A stretch of 64,000 bases of DNA from positions 10,542,001 through 10,606,000 of the forward strand of contig CM075996.1 in NCBI GenBank assembly GCA_038087875.1, read 5' to 3'. Numbering within the stretch: the stretch's first letter is position 1; each line of letters opens with the position of its first letter. Source of the stretch: Malacoraja senta (taxonomy: Eukaryota). The notes under the pieces are model-generated. The model was given only the letters and a program-made list of their open reading frames with translations, was not told where the DNA came from and did no database searches. Shown one piece after another: positions 23,220-38,200 of the stretch. Made by a program: the position numbers and the translations under genes.

Positions 23220-26200
23220 CTACAAAGCAAAAAAACAAAATGACAGATCAGGGAACCTGTGCTTCAGTATGAAAGTACTGTAGGCAGGAGAGAAGATGGA
23301 TTAGCTACAAAGCAGACTTGAAACATCCTGCTGATCATGGATTTCAGGACATTCTATTCAATTACATACAGCATTGATAACAAGCATTTTATCATGGAAA
23401 AGGTAGATGATTTACAGAGGTATGAGAAGAACATGGATAACGTACAAAATTCTAATGGGGTTGGACAGGCTAGATGCAGGAAGATTGTTCCCGATGTTGG
23501 GGAAGTCCAGGACAAGGGGTCACAGCTTAAGGATAAGGGGGAAATCCTTTAAGACCGAGATGAGGAAAAACTTTTTCACACAGAGAGTGGTGAATCTCTG
23601 GAACTCTCTGCCACAGAGGGTAGTTGAGGCCAGTTCATTGGCTATATTTAAGAGGGAGTTAGATGTGGCCCTTGTGGCTAAGGGGATCAGGGGGTATGGA
23701 GAGAAGGCAAGTACAGGATACTGAGTTGGATGATCAGCCATGATCATATTGAATGGCGGTGCAGGCTCGAAGGGCCGAATGGCCTACTCCTGCACCTATT
23801 TTCTATGTATCTATGTAACCATATAATCATATAACAATTACAGCACGGAAACAGGCCATCTCGGCCCTTCTCGTCCGTGCCGAACACTTACTCTCACCTA
23901 GTCCCATCTACCTGCACTCAGACCATAACCCTCCATTCCTTTCCCGTCCATATACCTATCCAATTTATTTTTAAATGATAAAATCGGACCTGCCTCCACC
24001 ACTTCCACTGGAAGCTCATTCCACACAGCTACGACTCTCTGAGTAAAGAAGTTCCCCCTCATGTTACTCCTAAACTTTTGTCCCTTAATTCTCAAATCAT
24101 CTCTTGTTTGAATCTTCCTTACTCTCAATGGAAAAAGCTTATCCACGTCAACTCTGTCTATCCCTCTCATAATTTTAAAGACCTCTATCAAGTCCCCCCC
24201 CTAAACCTTCTGCGCTCCAAAGAATAAAGACCTAACTTGTTCAACCTTTCTCTGTAACTTAGGTGCTGAAACCCAGGCAACATTCTAGTAAATCTCCTCT
24301 GTACTCTCTCTATTTTGTTGACATCTTTCCTATAATTTGGCGACCAAAATTGTACACCATACTCTAGAATTGGCCTCACCAATACCTTGTACAGTTTTAA
24401 CATTACATCCCAACTTCTATACTCAATGCTCTGATCCTAGATCCCTCTGTTCAACTGCATTCCTCAATTCGCTACCATTTACCATGTACGTCCTATTTTG
24501 ATTTGTCCTGCCAAGATGTAGCACCTCACACTTATCAGCATTAAACTCCATCTGACATCTTTCAGCCCACTCTTCCAAATGGCCTAAATCTCTCTGTAGA
24601 CTTTGAAAATCTACTTCATTATTCACAACACCACCTATCTTAGTATCATCTGCATACTTACTAATCCAATTTACCACACCATCATCCAGATCATTGATGT
24701 ATATGACAAACAACAGTGGACCCAACACAGATCCCTGAGGCACCCCACTAGTCACCGGCCTCCAACCTGACAAACAGTTATCCACCATTACTCTCTGGTA
24801 TCTCCCATTCAGCCACTGTTGAATCCATCTTGCTACTCCACTATTAATACCCAACAATTGAACTTTCTTAACCAACCTTCCATGTGGAACCTTGTCAAAG
24901 GCCTTACTGAAGTCCATATAGACAACATCCACTGCTTTACCCTCATCAATATCCCCAGTAACCTCTTCAAAAAATTCAAGAAGATTAGTCAAACATGACC
25001 TTCCAGGCACAAATCCATGTTGACTGTTCATAATCAGACCCTGTTTATCCAGATGATTATATATATTATCTCTAAGTATCCTTTCCATTAATTTGCCCAC
25101 CACTGATCTCAAATTACAGCATGAAATACTGGGAGCAACAGCTTTACTCCATGTAGCAACGTGGACGGGGAGAGAACATGCTTACTTACACAGGCTTGCT
25201 TTGCAACAACTGACAAATTGTGAATAAAGTGGCCAAGAAAAATAAACTTCTATCCTGGAAAGATAAAATGCTGGAGTCTCAGTGGGTCAGGCAGCATTCC
25301 TGGACCTGCCTGACCTGCTGAGTTACTCCAGCATTTTGCGTCTTTCTTTGGTAAACCAACATCTGCAGGTTCTTGTTTCTACAATCTGTAATCTGGTTTC
25401 ATGATTGGTTTAGCAAGTTTGAAACTTGTAGATGCTTCAAGTAGATCAGCCACTGATCCAGCTCTCCTCGGTTTCCCTATCTTTGCACCTGAAAACATGT
25501 TTATCCTAGACCAGATTGCATGAATGGTCAATTAAAAAAGGTATCTCTGCATACCTGCTGCCTGACCCAAGTATTTCTAGCATTGTGTTTCAGTCTTCCA
25601 TCACCTGCAGATTTGCAATTTTCTATTTTTAACTTGTCATTTGTTCCAGTCAATACGATATTTGCGATAATACGAGTCTAAAGAAAGGTCTCGACCCGAA
25701 ACCCCTCCCATTGCTTTCTCCAAAGATGCTGCCTGACCCACTGAGTTACTCCTGCATTTTGTGTTCATCTTCGGTGTAAAGCATCTGCAGTATCAGCATT
25801 TCCTTCTTACACAATGCGCTATTTGCAAATCAAACTCCTGACATACTTGCCAAACATATTTAATCTTTAGCAAAAGACACATGTGAGAAAACATATTGAC
25901 AGTCCATCTGATCCCTTGGGTCAGATCTCACAGCCAAGACCCATGAGCATTACTGAAGGGGGCTGCAAATCTGTTCAGTTGAGAAGGGATCAACTGCAAG
26001 CAAGATTGGGGAAAGGGGGTTGGACATGAATCTAGATAGGGCCTCCATTGTAAGTCTTAGCTGACCAGTGGCGCAGGAACAAGAATGATTAGGATTAGAT
26101 CTTGGGGATCAAGAGGCCCAGTACAGGGCCTACCTTAGGTTCTAACCAGTGTTGCATTGTTAAGGTAGAAAGAAATTGTGGAGAACAATACATCCAGAAT

Positions 26201-29200
26201 GAAGGAGCTCGGGGAAATTAGCATTAGTAAAACAAAGAAGTAACTAAAGATGATAAATCCCCATGGCTGGACAAACTGCATCTTAATATTTTGAAAGATG
26301 GCTATAGCAACAGTGTCATCTTTCAAAATTCCATAAAAGGTGGAACTTTTCCCACAAAACAGAAAGTAGCAAATTTCAGAAAGAAGGGAGATTAAAAAAA
26401 AGGAAAGTTACAGATCAATCTGCCTTTGAGTTATGCAAAATAATGCAATCTATTAATACAGAAGTAGTAACATAATGCTTAAAATAAATAGGCTGAGTAG
26501 GGTCAAGTTTGATTTTCAATGACAAATGTTTGACAAATCCATTCAATTTTTTTTTAATGGTTTAACTAGCAGGAGTAAGATGGTGTGTATTTAGACTTTC
26601 AGAAAGTGTCCAACTAAGTCCCATTTATAATTTGGACAAAGGGATCAAAATGTATGGAAGTTTGCTAACCAAAGCAGGGTGGCTGTGTGAGCTGAACAGG
26701 ATTAGGAGAGGCTTCTTTGGATAATGACAGGTTAAATGAATGAGGAGGGACATGCAGATGAAATATCATGCCGAAAAATGGTTGGAAGAAACACAAAAAA
26801 GTATGTTCTTTATAACGCAGTATCCTGGGCATGATCAACTTGGTTGAACGTCTGTGGCAATGCCACAAAAGAAGAAAGAATGACAACCCCCTGCAAAGAC
26901 CAATGCGGAGACCACATCAGATGCACAACGGGGACAATCACAGTAAATACTGCAGTTTCCAGAGTAAAAGGGATCTCAAGACACTGCATGAAAACAGCAC
27001 TGTGCGAGAATTTCAAGCTTTAGTTGCCTTCACTGGAGTTCATCCCCATTCACTCACTGGTGGCTCCTGGATCATGTGATTGATCTTTGCCACCTTGATC
27101 TCCAATACTGGAATGAATCAGGTTGGCATTCTATAAAGCATTTGCCTAAAGCAAATATGTTTTAAGTGAGAAAAGGGTGGCACGGAGGCGCAGCGGTAGA
27201 GTTGCTGCCTTACAACTCCGGGTTCCAGAGTTTGTACATTCTCCCCGTAGATTTTCTTCGAGATCTTTGGTTTCCTTCCATACCAAATACAGGTTTGTAG
27301 GTTAATTGTGTTGGTATAAATGTAAATTGTCCCTCGTGTGGGTCTTGTGAGTCTGTGGAATTCTCTGCCTCAGGGGGCAGTGGAGGCAGGTTCTCTGGAA
27401 ACTTTCAAGAGAGAGCTAGATAGGGCTCTTGAAGATAGGGGATATGGGGAGAAGGCAGGAACGGGATACTGATTGTGGATGATCAGCCATGATCACATTG
27501 AATGATGGTGCTGGCTTGAAGGGCCGTATGGCCTACTCCTGCACCTATTGTCTATTGTTAATATGAGTGTGCGGGGATCGTTGGTTGGTGTGGACTATGG
27601 GCCTGTTTCAGAACTGCATCTCTAAGTTAAACTAAAACATGGGTGAAGTCAGCACCAAAACTCAGAATCACAGTTCAAACACCAGGGAGCTAACTGTCAA
27701 ATATTGGCACATGCCAGATTTTGGTTAACAGTTACTACATCGCAAAGCATATTTTTGTAAAAGTTAGATAAATATCTGAGGCAAAGGAAAATAAAAGCCT
27801 TCAGGAAAAGGTTACAGGATTGTTCCAGCAAAGAATCAATGATCCTTTATGCACTTCCATACCTGCACTTCAAACGTCTGGATTGAATCCCCTTCCACGT
27901 TATACGTATACTGTCCCAAAAGGACCCCTTCGGCTTGATTTTCATCATCCAAGCCCTGTGAATAAGTACAAATTAGCAAGCTTTGCACATAGAAAATTAC
28001 TCTCCAGTCACTTCAACAATTATACCAGCTGGTGAAAGCAGGACTTTCACCCTTGCCTGGAAGAAAGCTTGGTTGAATATATAAAGTCATTTCATTTCAA
28101 ACAGAACTAGTAGTTCCCTAAAAGTCAATTGGAAAAATGTCATCACCTCATTTAGCACATGAAGTGAATCTGTACACAATCAAACAGAATGAAACGATGT
28201 CCTGCATGCGTAGCATCAACTCTCATCTGTGGTAGAATCAGTGTGTCCCACCACAGGGGCCTCATCAGGCACCTCTATACCCACAGAACTAGAGTGGAAG
28301 CAAGTCATCCTCAATCCTGAGAGAATACCAGTGAAGAATTGTTCACCCCCACTCAGGAAAGCACTTGGCATAAAAATTGTCCCTAGTATGTGTAGGGTAG
28401 TGTTAACTTTAATCTCATCTATTGGTTGTACAGTTGCTTAATTACTGTATGAAGCTTTTGTGGTTAGCAACGTTGAGGATTGTGCAATAAAGTGACAAAA
28501 TTCAGTGAAGACAGTGAAAATCCAGAATCATAGTTCAAACACCAGTATGAGCAAGTTGTGTAGCATGGAAGATTGAAGATTATATTAGAGGGCCTTCTAT
28601 TTGAGGGATTATTGTTCTGGACTGTGAAATGGAATTTGCTCATTTTTAACAGAACTTGTTAATGTTATTGACGTGGATTGTGAGACCACTCGGGACCCTG
28701 AACATGGAATCCAATGTCCAAGAAAGCCTTGCCATGTTCAGCAGCATGCTCCAGACAAACACCATGGTTCCCAAACATACACTCATATTCTATACGTTTC
28801 ACTCACATAAACAGAGAAGTCTTGAGGGGCACTTCTAATTGATCCACCCAGAGAAATTGATTTTGGAATGTGCTCTAGGGTAAAGGCTGTAGGCCAGATC
28901 CATTCAGCAAGCTCGATGACCACAAAGCCTTGGGAGCCTTTAAATGGCCAACAGTTCCCAGGATGAACCTCCGGCTGCAAGAGAGAACAAGAAAAAAAAA
29001 GTAGGAAAATTCTCAGTTTCATTTAGATATTCAGCGCGGAAACAAGAAATATTAACACTATCCTACACACACTCGGAACAATTTTGTTTTACATTTACCA
29101 AGCCAATTAACCTACAAACCTGTACGTCTTTGGAGAGTGGGAGGAAACCGAAGATCTAGGAAAAAAACTCACGCAGATCACGGGGAGAACGTACAAACTC

Positions 29201-32200
29201 TGTACAGACAGCACCCATAGTTGGGATCGAACCGGGGTCTCTGGCGCTGCAAGCGCTGTAAGGCAACAACTCTACTACTGTGCCACCCACAATTCTCTAC
29301 CCACAATTATCCCCCTTCCTTTCAACAGAACACTGATTCTTCCGAAAGGGACAGCAAAGATGGATTTTTGGACACGATCCACGTGAGGATACGAGGGTAC
29401 CTACAGAATAATGAAAGGCATAGAGTGGATGTGGAAAGGATGTTACCACTGGTGGGAGGGGTCTAGGACCAGAGGTCGTAGCCTCAGAATTAAAGGGTGC
29501 GCTTTTAGAAAGGAGGAGGAACTTCATTGCCACAGAGGGTTGTGGAGGCCAAGTCAGTGGATATTTTTAAGGCAGAGATAGACAAATTCTTGATTAGAAC
29601 GGGTGTCAAGGGTGATTTTGGTAACAGGAATGGGTTGTTGGGGTGGGGGTTACTATGGCAGGAATCTGCAGTATCGACCCCTCAATGTTTCTTGCCAATT
29701 TACCTCAACCCTGCACAATGAGAAAACACGCTACAATTTTCCAGCAGAACCCATTGCTGCTTTTGGTTCATGGTGTGACAATTATTAAGTTAATGCAGAA
29801 AACAGGAGTTACTGAGACATTTTTAACACACTGCCCCCAAGACAGATACTCTCACACCATTTACAAAGTATCAGGACAAGTACCTGAACCAGCAGGACCT
29901 CTGTCTCGGGCAGTGTGATCAAATGCAACCCAAAATATGCTTTCTCCGATTTCCTCTAAATCTTTCTTTGCTTTAAAACCGCAACCCTCTGGACTCAGGC
30001 ACCTCTGTAAGCTACAGGCAAATGCTGGCAAATGGGATTAGTTGATGTTTGACGTGGATGTGTTGGGCACAAAGGGCCTGTTTCTGTGCTATATGACTCC
30101 ATAAGTGGATTTTAAAAATCTGTACTTAATTGAAGATTTGACAAACACACTGGCAATCTACATCCAGGTGAGAGGAATGGGACCATAAAGCATCGTAATT
30201 TGGTTAAAGCAGATGGAAGGAGCCCACTTTTCTTAAGGAAGGATATTTTTGCTATGGAGGCAACAGATCAAAATTGCAGCAGATTAACTGTAGGAATAGC
30301 AGGGCTGGCATATGAAGAGCAATCTGGTCAATATTCACTGGAGTTTGGAAGGAATGATCATTTTTTAGAAACCTACAAAATGTAGAAGTTCTAAGGACTG
30401 GAAAGATGTTCCTGATGCTGGGGAGTTTCAGGACCAGGATCACAGTGCGAGGATAAGGTGAGGTCATGTAGAACTCAGAGGGGGAGAAATCTCTTCATCC
30501 AGAGTGGTGAACCAGAGGAATTCTCTATCATGGAATGCAATTGAAATCAGATCGTTGAATATATTCATGAGTTAAATATTGTTCTTGTAGCTAGAGGGAC
30601 CAAGAGGTATGGGGAGAAGGGTATGGGGAGTCCCCCAACTGGGGACTCAATTTGGATGATCAGCCATGATCATACTGAGGGGTTGAGTGGGCTTGAAGGC
30701 TCACATTGCTTACTCCTGTTCATAATTTCCATGTTTCTATTGCATATCCCACAACTGTGGTACTGAACAAGCACGCATGGTGGGCCAGTGCATGATTTTT
30801 TCGACATATATATCAATACCTTGCATTCTTCTGACAGGGAAGAACTGTTATGCAGACAGAGTATGTTTCACATAAACCTTGGTAAAGCAGAAGACACACA
30901 CATTAGTTGTGGTGCCCCCAACAGCAAATCTTGAAGTTGTGGACCTATAGCGTCCCTGTACCTTGCTGCCTCTAGGAGAGTATTCAAAGGTCACTGCTTT
31001 CAAGACAGAAGGGAGCAGCAGTACAAGCATTATATACCTGAATGACAGCTCTGGGTGACCGAGATTGGTACCACAGTGGAAAGCCAAACAGACTAAGAAG
31101 AGCAGTCTTGGTCTCTAACGTCTCTGAGCAGCGCGTGTGGATCACACTGCCACCTAACAAGAGAAAAAATAATCATTATCATATCACTGAATGGACAAAG
31201 TTAATCATGAATCCTTCAAGGAATATGCAGGTTTGCAGAGAACTGCAAAACTCTGGCAGAGGGATTGGAAAGTTTTTGCTTGAGTGCTGACCACTAAGGA
31301 GAACTTTCCAATTTGTCCAAGAACTCAACACATCCAGCACAAATGCAGAAATAATTTAATGTTACAATCGCAGTAGTTTAAGTAAACTTGAAAGGTAATT
31401 TTCATACAATGTCCAACAGGTTGGAGCACAGAATCCAGCTGAAACTTTAAATACACAACTGAATGGCCACCAGGTGGCAGTGGTTGGATAAGTACCCTCC
31501 CAAATCTCAACCATTTACTTGCTCTCATCATTTTTCCATTCAATACAACTATAATAAACAAGGATCTTTTATGCAAAAAAATAAGTACAATGAGAAAGAT
31601 TTATGTTACATAAAATGGAAGCAAAACTTCTACCCGCTGACCAAAGTATAAAAATATTGTTATTTGTGGGCAGTTAGCTGGGAACATGTGCTACAAATGA
31701 CTGCTGTCTGGATGTTTTTTTTTCTCAATATTATAAAGCCATATAGCTTTACATCTGACCTAGTTTAGAGACTAACCAGAAAGGACAATTTATATTGTAG
31801 AACATATATTTCTCATATATTGTAGAACATCTATTTACATCGCATGAACAGGCCCTTTTGTCCCACTGTGTCTGCACTGACCATGATGTCAGCCTAATTC
31901 ATCCATCTGACTGGACATGGTCTGCATCCCTCTACTCCCTGTCTGTACATGTATCTGTCCAAATGCCTTTTAAATATTGCTATTGTATCTGCTTCCACCA
32001 CCTCCCCTGACAACACACCTACAGCTGTGCAAGAAAAACTTGCCTCACACATCTCCTTTAAACATCCCCCCCTCTCACCTTAACTCTATGCCCTCGCATA
32101 TTTGACATTTCCACCCTGGGGAAAAGACTGCTCTATATATCTCTCTCATCAATTTATATACTTCTATCAGGTCTTGTCTCAGCCTCTGACGCTCCAGCAA

Positions 32201-35200
32201 AAACATTCCGTTTGTCCAACCTCCCCTTATAGCTAATATTCTATTCTAGCATTCTGTCTAATCCAGGCAGCATCCTGGTGATTCTGCAGATGGCTGAAAC
32301 CTAAAGTAGATCTTCAGCTTTCTACACAATTCCAATGTTAGCTTGAGAAGAACCAAGCTTCTATCCACCTTTCAAACCATGAGCTTGTCTTCTTTTCTTG
32401 CATTTCTACAGTGTTTAAGATTTCATTCGCCTGCCTCTAGTTGCATCTTCACCGATCCAGCTGGTATCGACGTTCATCTCAAATGTCTCCTGGTCTCCAG
32501 TCTATCTATTTTGTTCTCACTTTCTCTGCAACTTAAACTTTGCTTCAAGGAATAAAACTGGCTAACCAACAGAAGAGGGGAGCAATTAAATCAGGGCAGC
32601 AGTGACGAATCGGTAGACCTCCTGCCTGACAGCACCAGAGACTTGGGTTTGATCCTGACAACGGGTGCTGTCTGTACTGAGTTTTTACATTCTCCCTGTG
32701 GCTGCATGGGTTTTCTCCGGGTGCTCTGGTTTCCTCCCACACTCCAAAGATGTACAGGTTTGTAGGTTAATTGTAAAATTGGCCAGAGGGCAGAATAAGA
32801 CACATCTTTGTTTCATACGTATTAAATGACTTGGAGTTCCAGATTTGCAGATGATACTGTGAACAGGGGATATTAATGGAATTGGAGGCAAATACAGAAT
32901 AGGGTTTGAACAGGCTGGTTACAGCTATAATTCAAATGTGAAATATTTCATTTTGGGAGGAGGAATAAGGCAATGTAAACTAGAGGGAGTGAAGAAACAA
33001 CAGTGTCTCTGCAATGGGTGATGTTTCGGGTCGAGGCCCTTCATCAGACCTTCACATCCTTCTTACACACGTGGGTGATATATGTGCCTAGTTTACTGAA
33101 AGAAGGAAGTTTAGGATGTTGTTTAAAAACTCCTGTACTTTATAAATAACAGCTCAGGGCACAAGAGCAAAGAAGTGATGGGGAACTTTGTAAAACACAG
33201 GCTTGGCCACAGCTGGAATAGTGCATCCAGTCCTGGCTGCCTTGCCCTCAGAAAGACATGAAGCTTCGGAAAGAGTGCACAAGAGATTAACCTATGTGTT
33301 TGCAGGGATGATGGAGCAGTGGACAGAATGAAGATAGCCAATGGTGCCCCAGGGCAAGGCCATCCCATCGATGGCTCGGCCTTTAAATGAGTTGTGGCTG
33401 GCGCAACATCAAGCAGTTACAAGTTAAATTAACATTCAGCAGTGTGAACCTCAGCAGCTCTGGGGAAACCTGTATTGTGAACATAGATCTGTACTTGCCT
33501 ATTCAGGACATATTGCACAGTGTGAAAGAACACCCCATTCCACAGGAGCAAGTCAAACATGACTAAAGTGCCAGCCCACACAACACCCTTTCAGTCTGTT
33601 ACATTCAGTTTTACTTGGCCCGGGCTTTTGCTGATACTTACCAGCAGATTCCAGTGCATAATCCACCAATCCAACCCTGTCAGCGCTGTACAGTTTCAAG
33701 GCTTGCTCCACAATGCTTTTCACTTCCTACCAAAGCAAAAAATAACAACAATCTGGGATAAGAAGGGGGCAGTAGAGTGCAATAGAGTGCAGAGCCCACA
33801 CACATACAGAAACCAGACGGCAATGCCCCCTTCAACAGTTCCCACAAAATGATCCCTCTTATCCATTCCCATAATCTGGAATTAGCAAGGTCTAATTAAA
33901 GTGAGCAATGGAGAGCCCAAGTATTAGGTATGTTACAAAACTTACCTTCAGCAGCGCTGCAGTTCTGCCACTGGCCGTGTGCGCGACTTTGGTGCCTTTG
34001 AGAGGGGGGCGGGATTAAAATGCCGTTTTCTCCTGCCTGTCGGAGTCGATCTTTCTCAGGCTGTTATGCTGCTGCAGAGAAATCGCTCCGACATCCGTTC
34101 AATCAAGTTTTTTTTTAAACATCGCTGGATAATTTAATCGCAGGAGTAAAATAGAAATCGACTTCTAACGCCGTCAACGCCGACAACGGGACGGATCTCC
34201 CGTCTGGGACAAATAAAGGTATGCCGTTTATTTTACATATAAACTTGCTTCTTAGGATTACTTTAATCCAAATTTTACGTTGCGAAAAGGTGATTAGGGC
34301 CCATACGAGCTGGCAGTGTTTTTCTTGCCGATATGGGGTTTAAATTCACCGCAAACCGCAACGTTCCAAACGATCGCGTTCCACAAGCAAGATGATTTAA
34401 ATGGCCATTAATTTACGGGAATTAAACACTAAATTCCTTCCATTTGGCCTATAAATTCATGACAATGAGATTTAAAAATCATGTCATATTGTGAAATCTT
34501 GTGTGAATGTTATTTGAACACTTAGGCTATTTAAAAATGTTAACCTTTCCTTAAGAAACGGATAGATGTTTAGATCTAGTAATTGAATTTTGTAATTAGC
34601 TACAATTAGGTAACTAACTAATTATATGCTTTAATTTCAGGTCATCCAAGTAATGCTTGGATTTTAGAATGCTTTAATCTATAATAACTGAAAATTTCAT
34701 TCAGTTCTCTTAATCTTTAAGAAAGTTGTGGGCTTTTGACTGTCCTCGATCACAGCTTTTGAGTTCAGTCAATGGAAAAGCAATAGGGAACAAGATGCTA
34801 ATTTCAGAGTATGAAAATGGCCATAACTTTTTTAATACTGAAGATATGAAAGTGAATTAGGTGTCAAATTAAACTTCTTTTTATGCCTTATCTGATGGGA
34901 TAAATTGCAGACTTGATTTTTAAAATCTCAAAATTTTGTAACATTGCCACAAGTATACTGCATAGAAGGTAGCAGGATTATGTGATCAGGTAAATAATTA
35001 GTAAAGTACATTGACATGGATAGAAGAGGTTTGGAGGGATATGGGGCTAACGCAGGCAGGTGGGACTAGTGTAGCTGGAACATGTTGGCTAGTGTAGATT
35101 TATGCAATGTTCTATTCAGTTTGACATTGCCTTACTACCTGTCTTTCACAGAAAGGTTCCTGAAGAAAACTACCTGTGACCACAAGTGATCAACGTAGAA

Positions 35201-38200
35201 CGAGCTACAGGCACTGTGGGAGAAGAACTCGATGGATCCCATCAGATGGCTCCCCAAGCATACAGAGGAACTTGCCAACAGTAGTGTGAGGAGCCCTCCG
35301 TCAGATCCTGCCTGCTCGGTCAGAAAAGCACCCCACTGCACGCTGCCATTGAGGTGGTTGTGGTGTGGACAACATTCACCTCCTTATGCACTGGGTGTTT
35401 GACAGGAAGGTCAGAAGAAGAATGCAAGGGCTCTTGTCATGGTTCACCCTGAGCAGTTGTGCATCAGTGATCTATGAGCTGTTAACAGGGACGCACAACA
35501 AGATAAATGTCAACTGCTGCTGGAAGATCATTATCTCAGCGGAAGACTGACGTTGGTCTGCACAAAAATTGATCTTCCTGTCGGTAAAGGTGTCGGATAA
35601 AATGTTGGTAAATGAATTGCTGCCAACTGGCACATTCCAGGGTGCGAGTGTATGTGGTGTGAGGGACACACTGAAGCTCAGTGCAGTCACCGCAGAGGCT
35701 GTGGGGGAGTGGCCGTGGTCTAGAAATAGTGGATGCATTAGTGATAATTTTTCAAAACTCTTTAGATTCTGGAGTAGTTCCTGAGGGTTGGAGGGTAGCA
35801 AACGTAACCCCACTTTTTAAGGAGGGAGAGAGAAAACGGGGAATTACAGACTAGTTAGTCTAACATCGGTAGTGGGGAAACTGCTAGAGTCACTTATTAA
35901 AGATGGGATAGCAGCACATTTGGAAAGTGGTGAAATCATTGGACAAAGTCAGCATGGATTTACGAAAGGTAAATCATGTCTGACGAATCTTATAGAATTT
36001 TTCGAGGATGTAACTAGTAGAGTGGATAGGGGAGAACCAGTGGATGTGTTGTATCTGGACTTTCAGAAGGCTTTCGACAAGGTACCACATAAGAGATTAG
36101 TATACAAACTTAAAGCACACGGTATTGGGGGTTCAGTATTGATGTGGATAGAAAACTGGCAGGCAAACAGGAAGCAAAGAGTAGGAGTAAACGGGTCCTT
36201 TTCACAATGGCAGGCAATGACTAGTGGGGTACCGCAAGGCTCAGTGCTGGGACCCCAGCTATTTACAATTTATATTAATGACCTGGATGAGGGAATTGAA
36301 GGCAACATCTCCAAGTTTGCGGATGACACTAAGCTGGGGGGCAGTGTTAGCTGTGAGGAGGATGCTAGGAGACTGCAAGGTGACTTGGATAGGCTGGGTG
36401 AGTGGGCAAATGTTTGGCAGATGCAGTATAATGTGGATAAATGTGAGGTTATCCACTTTGGTGGCAAAAACAGGAAAGCAGACTATTATCTAAATGGTGG
36501 CCGATTAGGAAATGGGGAGATGCAGCGAGACCTGGGTGTCATGGTACACCAGTCATTGAAAGTAGGCATGCAGGTGCAGCAGGCAGTGAAGAAAGCGAAT
36601 GGTATGTTAGCTTTCATAGCAAAAGGATTTCAGTATAGGAGCAGGGAGGTTCTACTGCAGTTGTACAGGGTCTTGGTGAGACCACACCTGGAGTATTGCG
36701 TACAGTTTTGGTCTCCAAATCTGAGGAAGGACATTATAGCCATAGAGGGAGTGCAGAGAAGGTTCACCAGACTGATTCCTGGGATGTCAGGACTTTCATA
36801 TGAAGACTGGATAGACTTGGCTTATACGCGCTAGAATTTAGGAGATTGAGAGGGGATCTTATAGAAACGTACAAAATTCTTATGGGGTTGGACAGGCTAG
36901 ATGCAGGAAGATTGTTCCCGATGTTGGGGAAGTCCAGGACAAGGGGTCACAGCTTAACGATAAGGGGGAAATCCTTTAAGACCGAGATGAGGAAAAACTT
37001 TTTCACACAGAGAGTGGTGAATCTCTGGAACTCTCTGCCACAGAGGGTAGTTGAGGCCAGTTCATTGGCTATATTTAAGAGGGAGTTAGATGTGGCCCTT
37101 GTGGCTAAGGGGATCAGGGGGTATGGAGAGAAGGCAGGTACGGGATACTGAGTTGGATGATCAGTCATGATCATATTGAATGGCGGTGCAGGCTCGAAGG
37201 GCCGAATGGCCTACTCCTGCACCTATTTTCTATGTATCTATGTCTAAGGTCCGGCCACCACTAGACACTGAGGGACTCTCAGGCACTTTATGGGAGCAGT
37301 GTTAAGGATGTGGTGTTCATTGACAAATTGTGTTTCTTATTTTCTTTTGGTGCTTTTGAAATTGAATTCTGTCCTTGATTTGTGTACTGTGGTGTTTTCT
37401 TATTTAATTGATTCCGATTATGTGTTTTCTGTTTTGTTGTGATTCTATGCATTGTAAGGTGTCCTTGGGTTTTAGAAAGGCGCCAGTAAATAAAATGATT
37501 ATTATTATTATTATTATTATTGCAAGCGAAAGTGTTGAATTGATGAAACATAGAGCAAGACATGCCCCAATTTCATTAAATGTATATATTATGAATAAAT
37601 TACTGTCTAGAACTACAATAGTCTGCTCTAGAGTTAGAGCCACTGGCTGCTTGCATGCTTGTACCTTAATAATTCCTGCTTTGACAGCTGCCGAGTGTGC
37701 CTCCATTGCAGGACCAGGATGAAGCGAAGCATCTGATAGGATCTTCTTCTCCAAGCCAGCAAGGAGGGCCTCAAGTTCCTTGCGGTGCACCAGCTGTGCT
37801 GCCAGTGGTTCCCCTGTGTTGTCTTCTGAGGAACCGAAGAGCAGCTTGTGGATAAGTGGGAGCAACGCCGTCTCCTTCTAAACACACAAGAGCAGGATAG
37901 TCAGTGCTCCTCCTTGTAAACATTGAAATCAATGCAAAGCAGTATCTTTGTCATCTTAAAAAATACATTATTTTACAATTCTTGATCCTTTGGCAAGGGA
38001 GACAAGGCAAGGAAATACATTATAGCTGAAAGAATACTGAACTGTGGTGGGGAACAGAAAGATCTTGGAGAGCTTGTTGTGTAGGAAGGAAATGCAGATG
38101 CTGGTTTACACTGAAGATAGACACAAAATGCTGGAGTTACTCAGCGGACCAGGCAGCATCTAATGTTCCGTCTTGCTGAGTTACTCCAGCATTTTGTGTC

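Noticed and set aside
25385..25488. Candidate exon after ttttcag (GAKIGKPRR...)
   Set aside because: No good donor, no homology, and not needed between the 93-nt and terminal SUN exons
30820..30877. Possible extra SUN exon (AG...GT, 58 nt)
   Set aside because: Frameshifting with an in-frame TAA; the flanking exons already join into a complete SUN domain. It could only be a poison exon, and there is no evidence for that.
35872..36834. Domesticated RT gene or retron-like system
   Set aside because: Ordinary 5'-truncated CR1 with a frameshift and near-identical siblings in the same window
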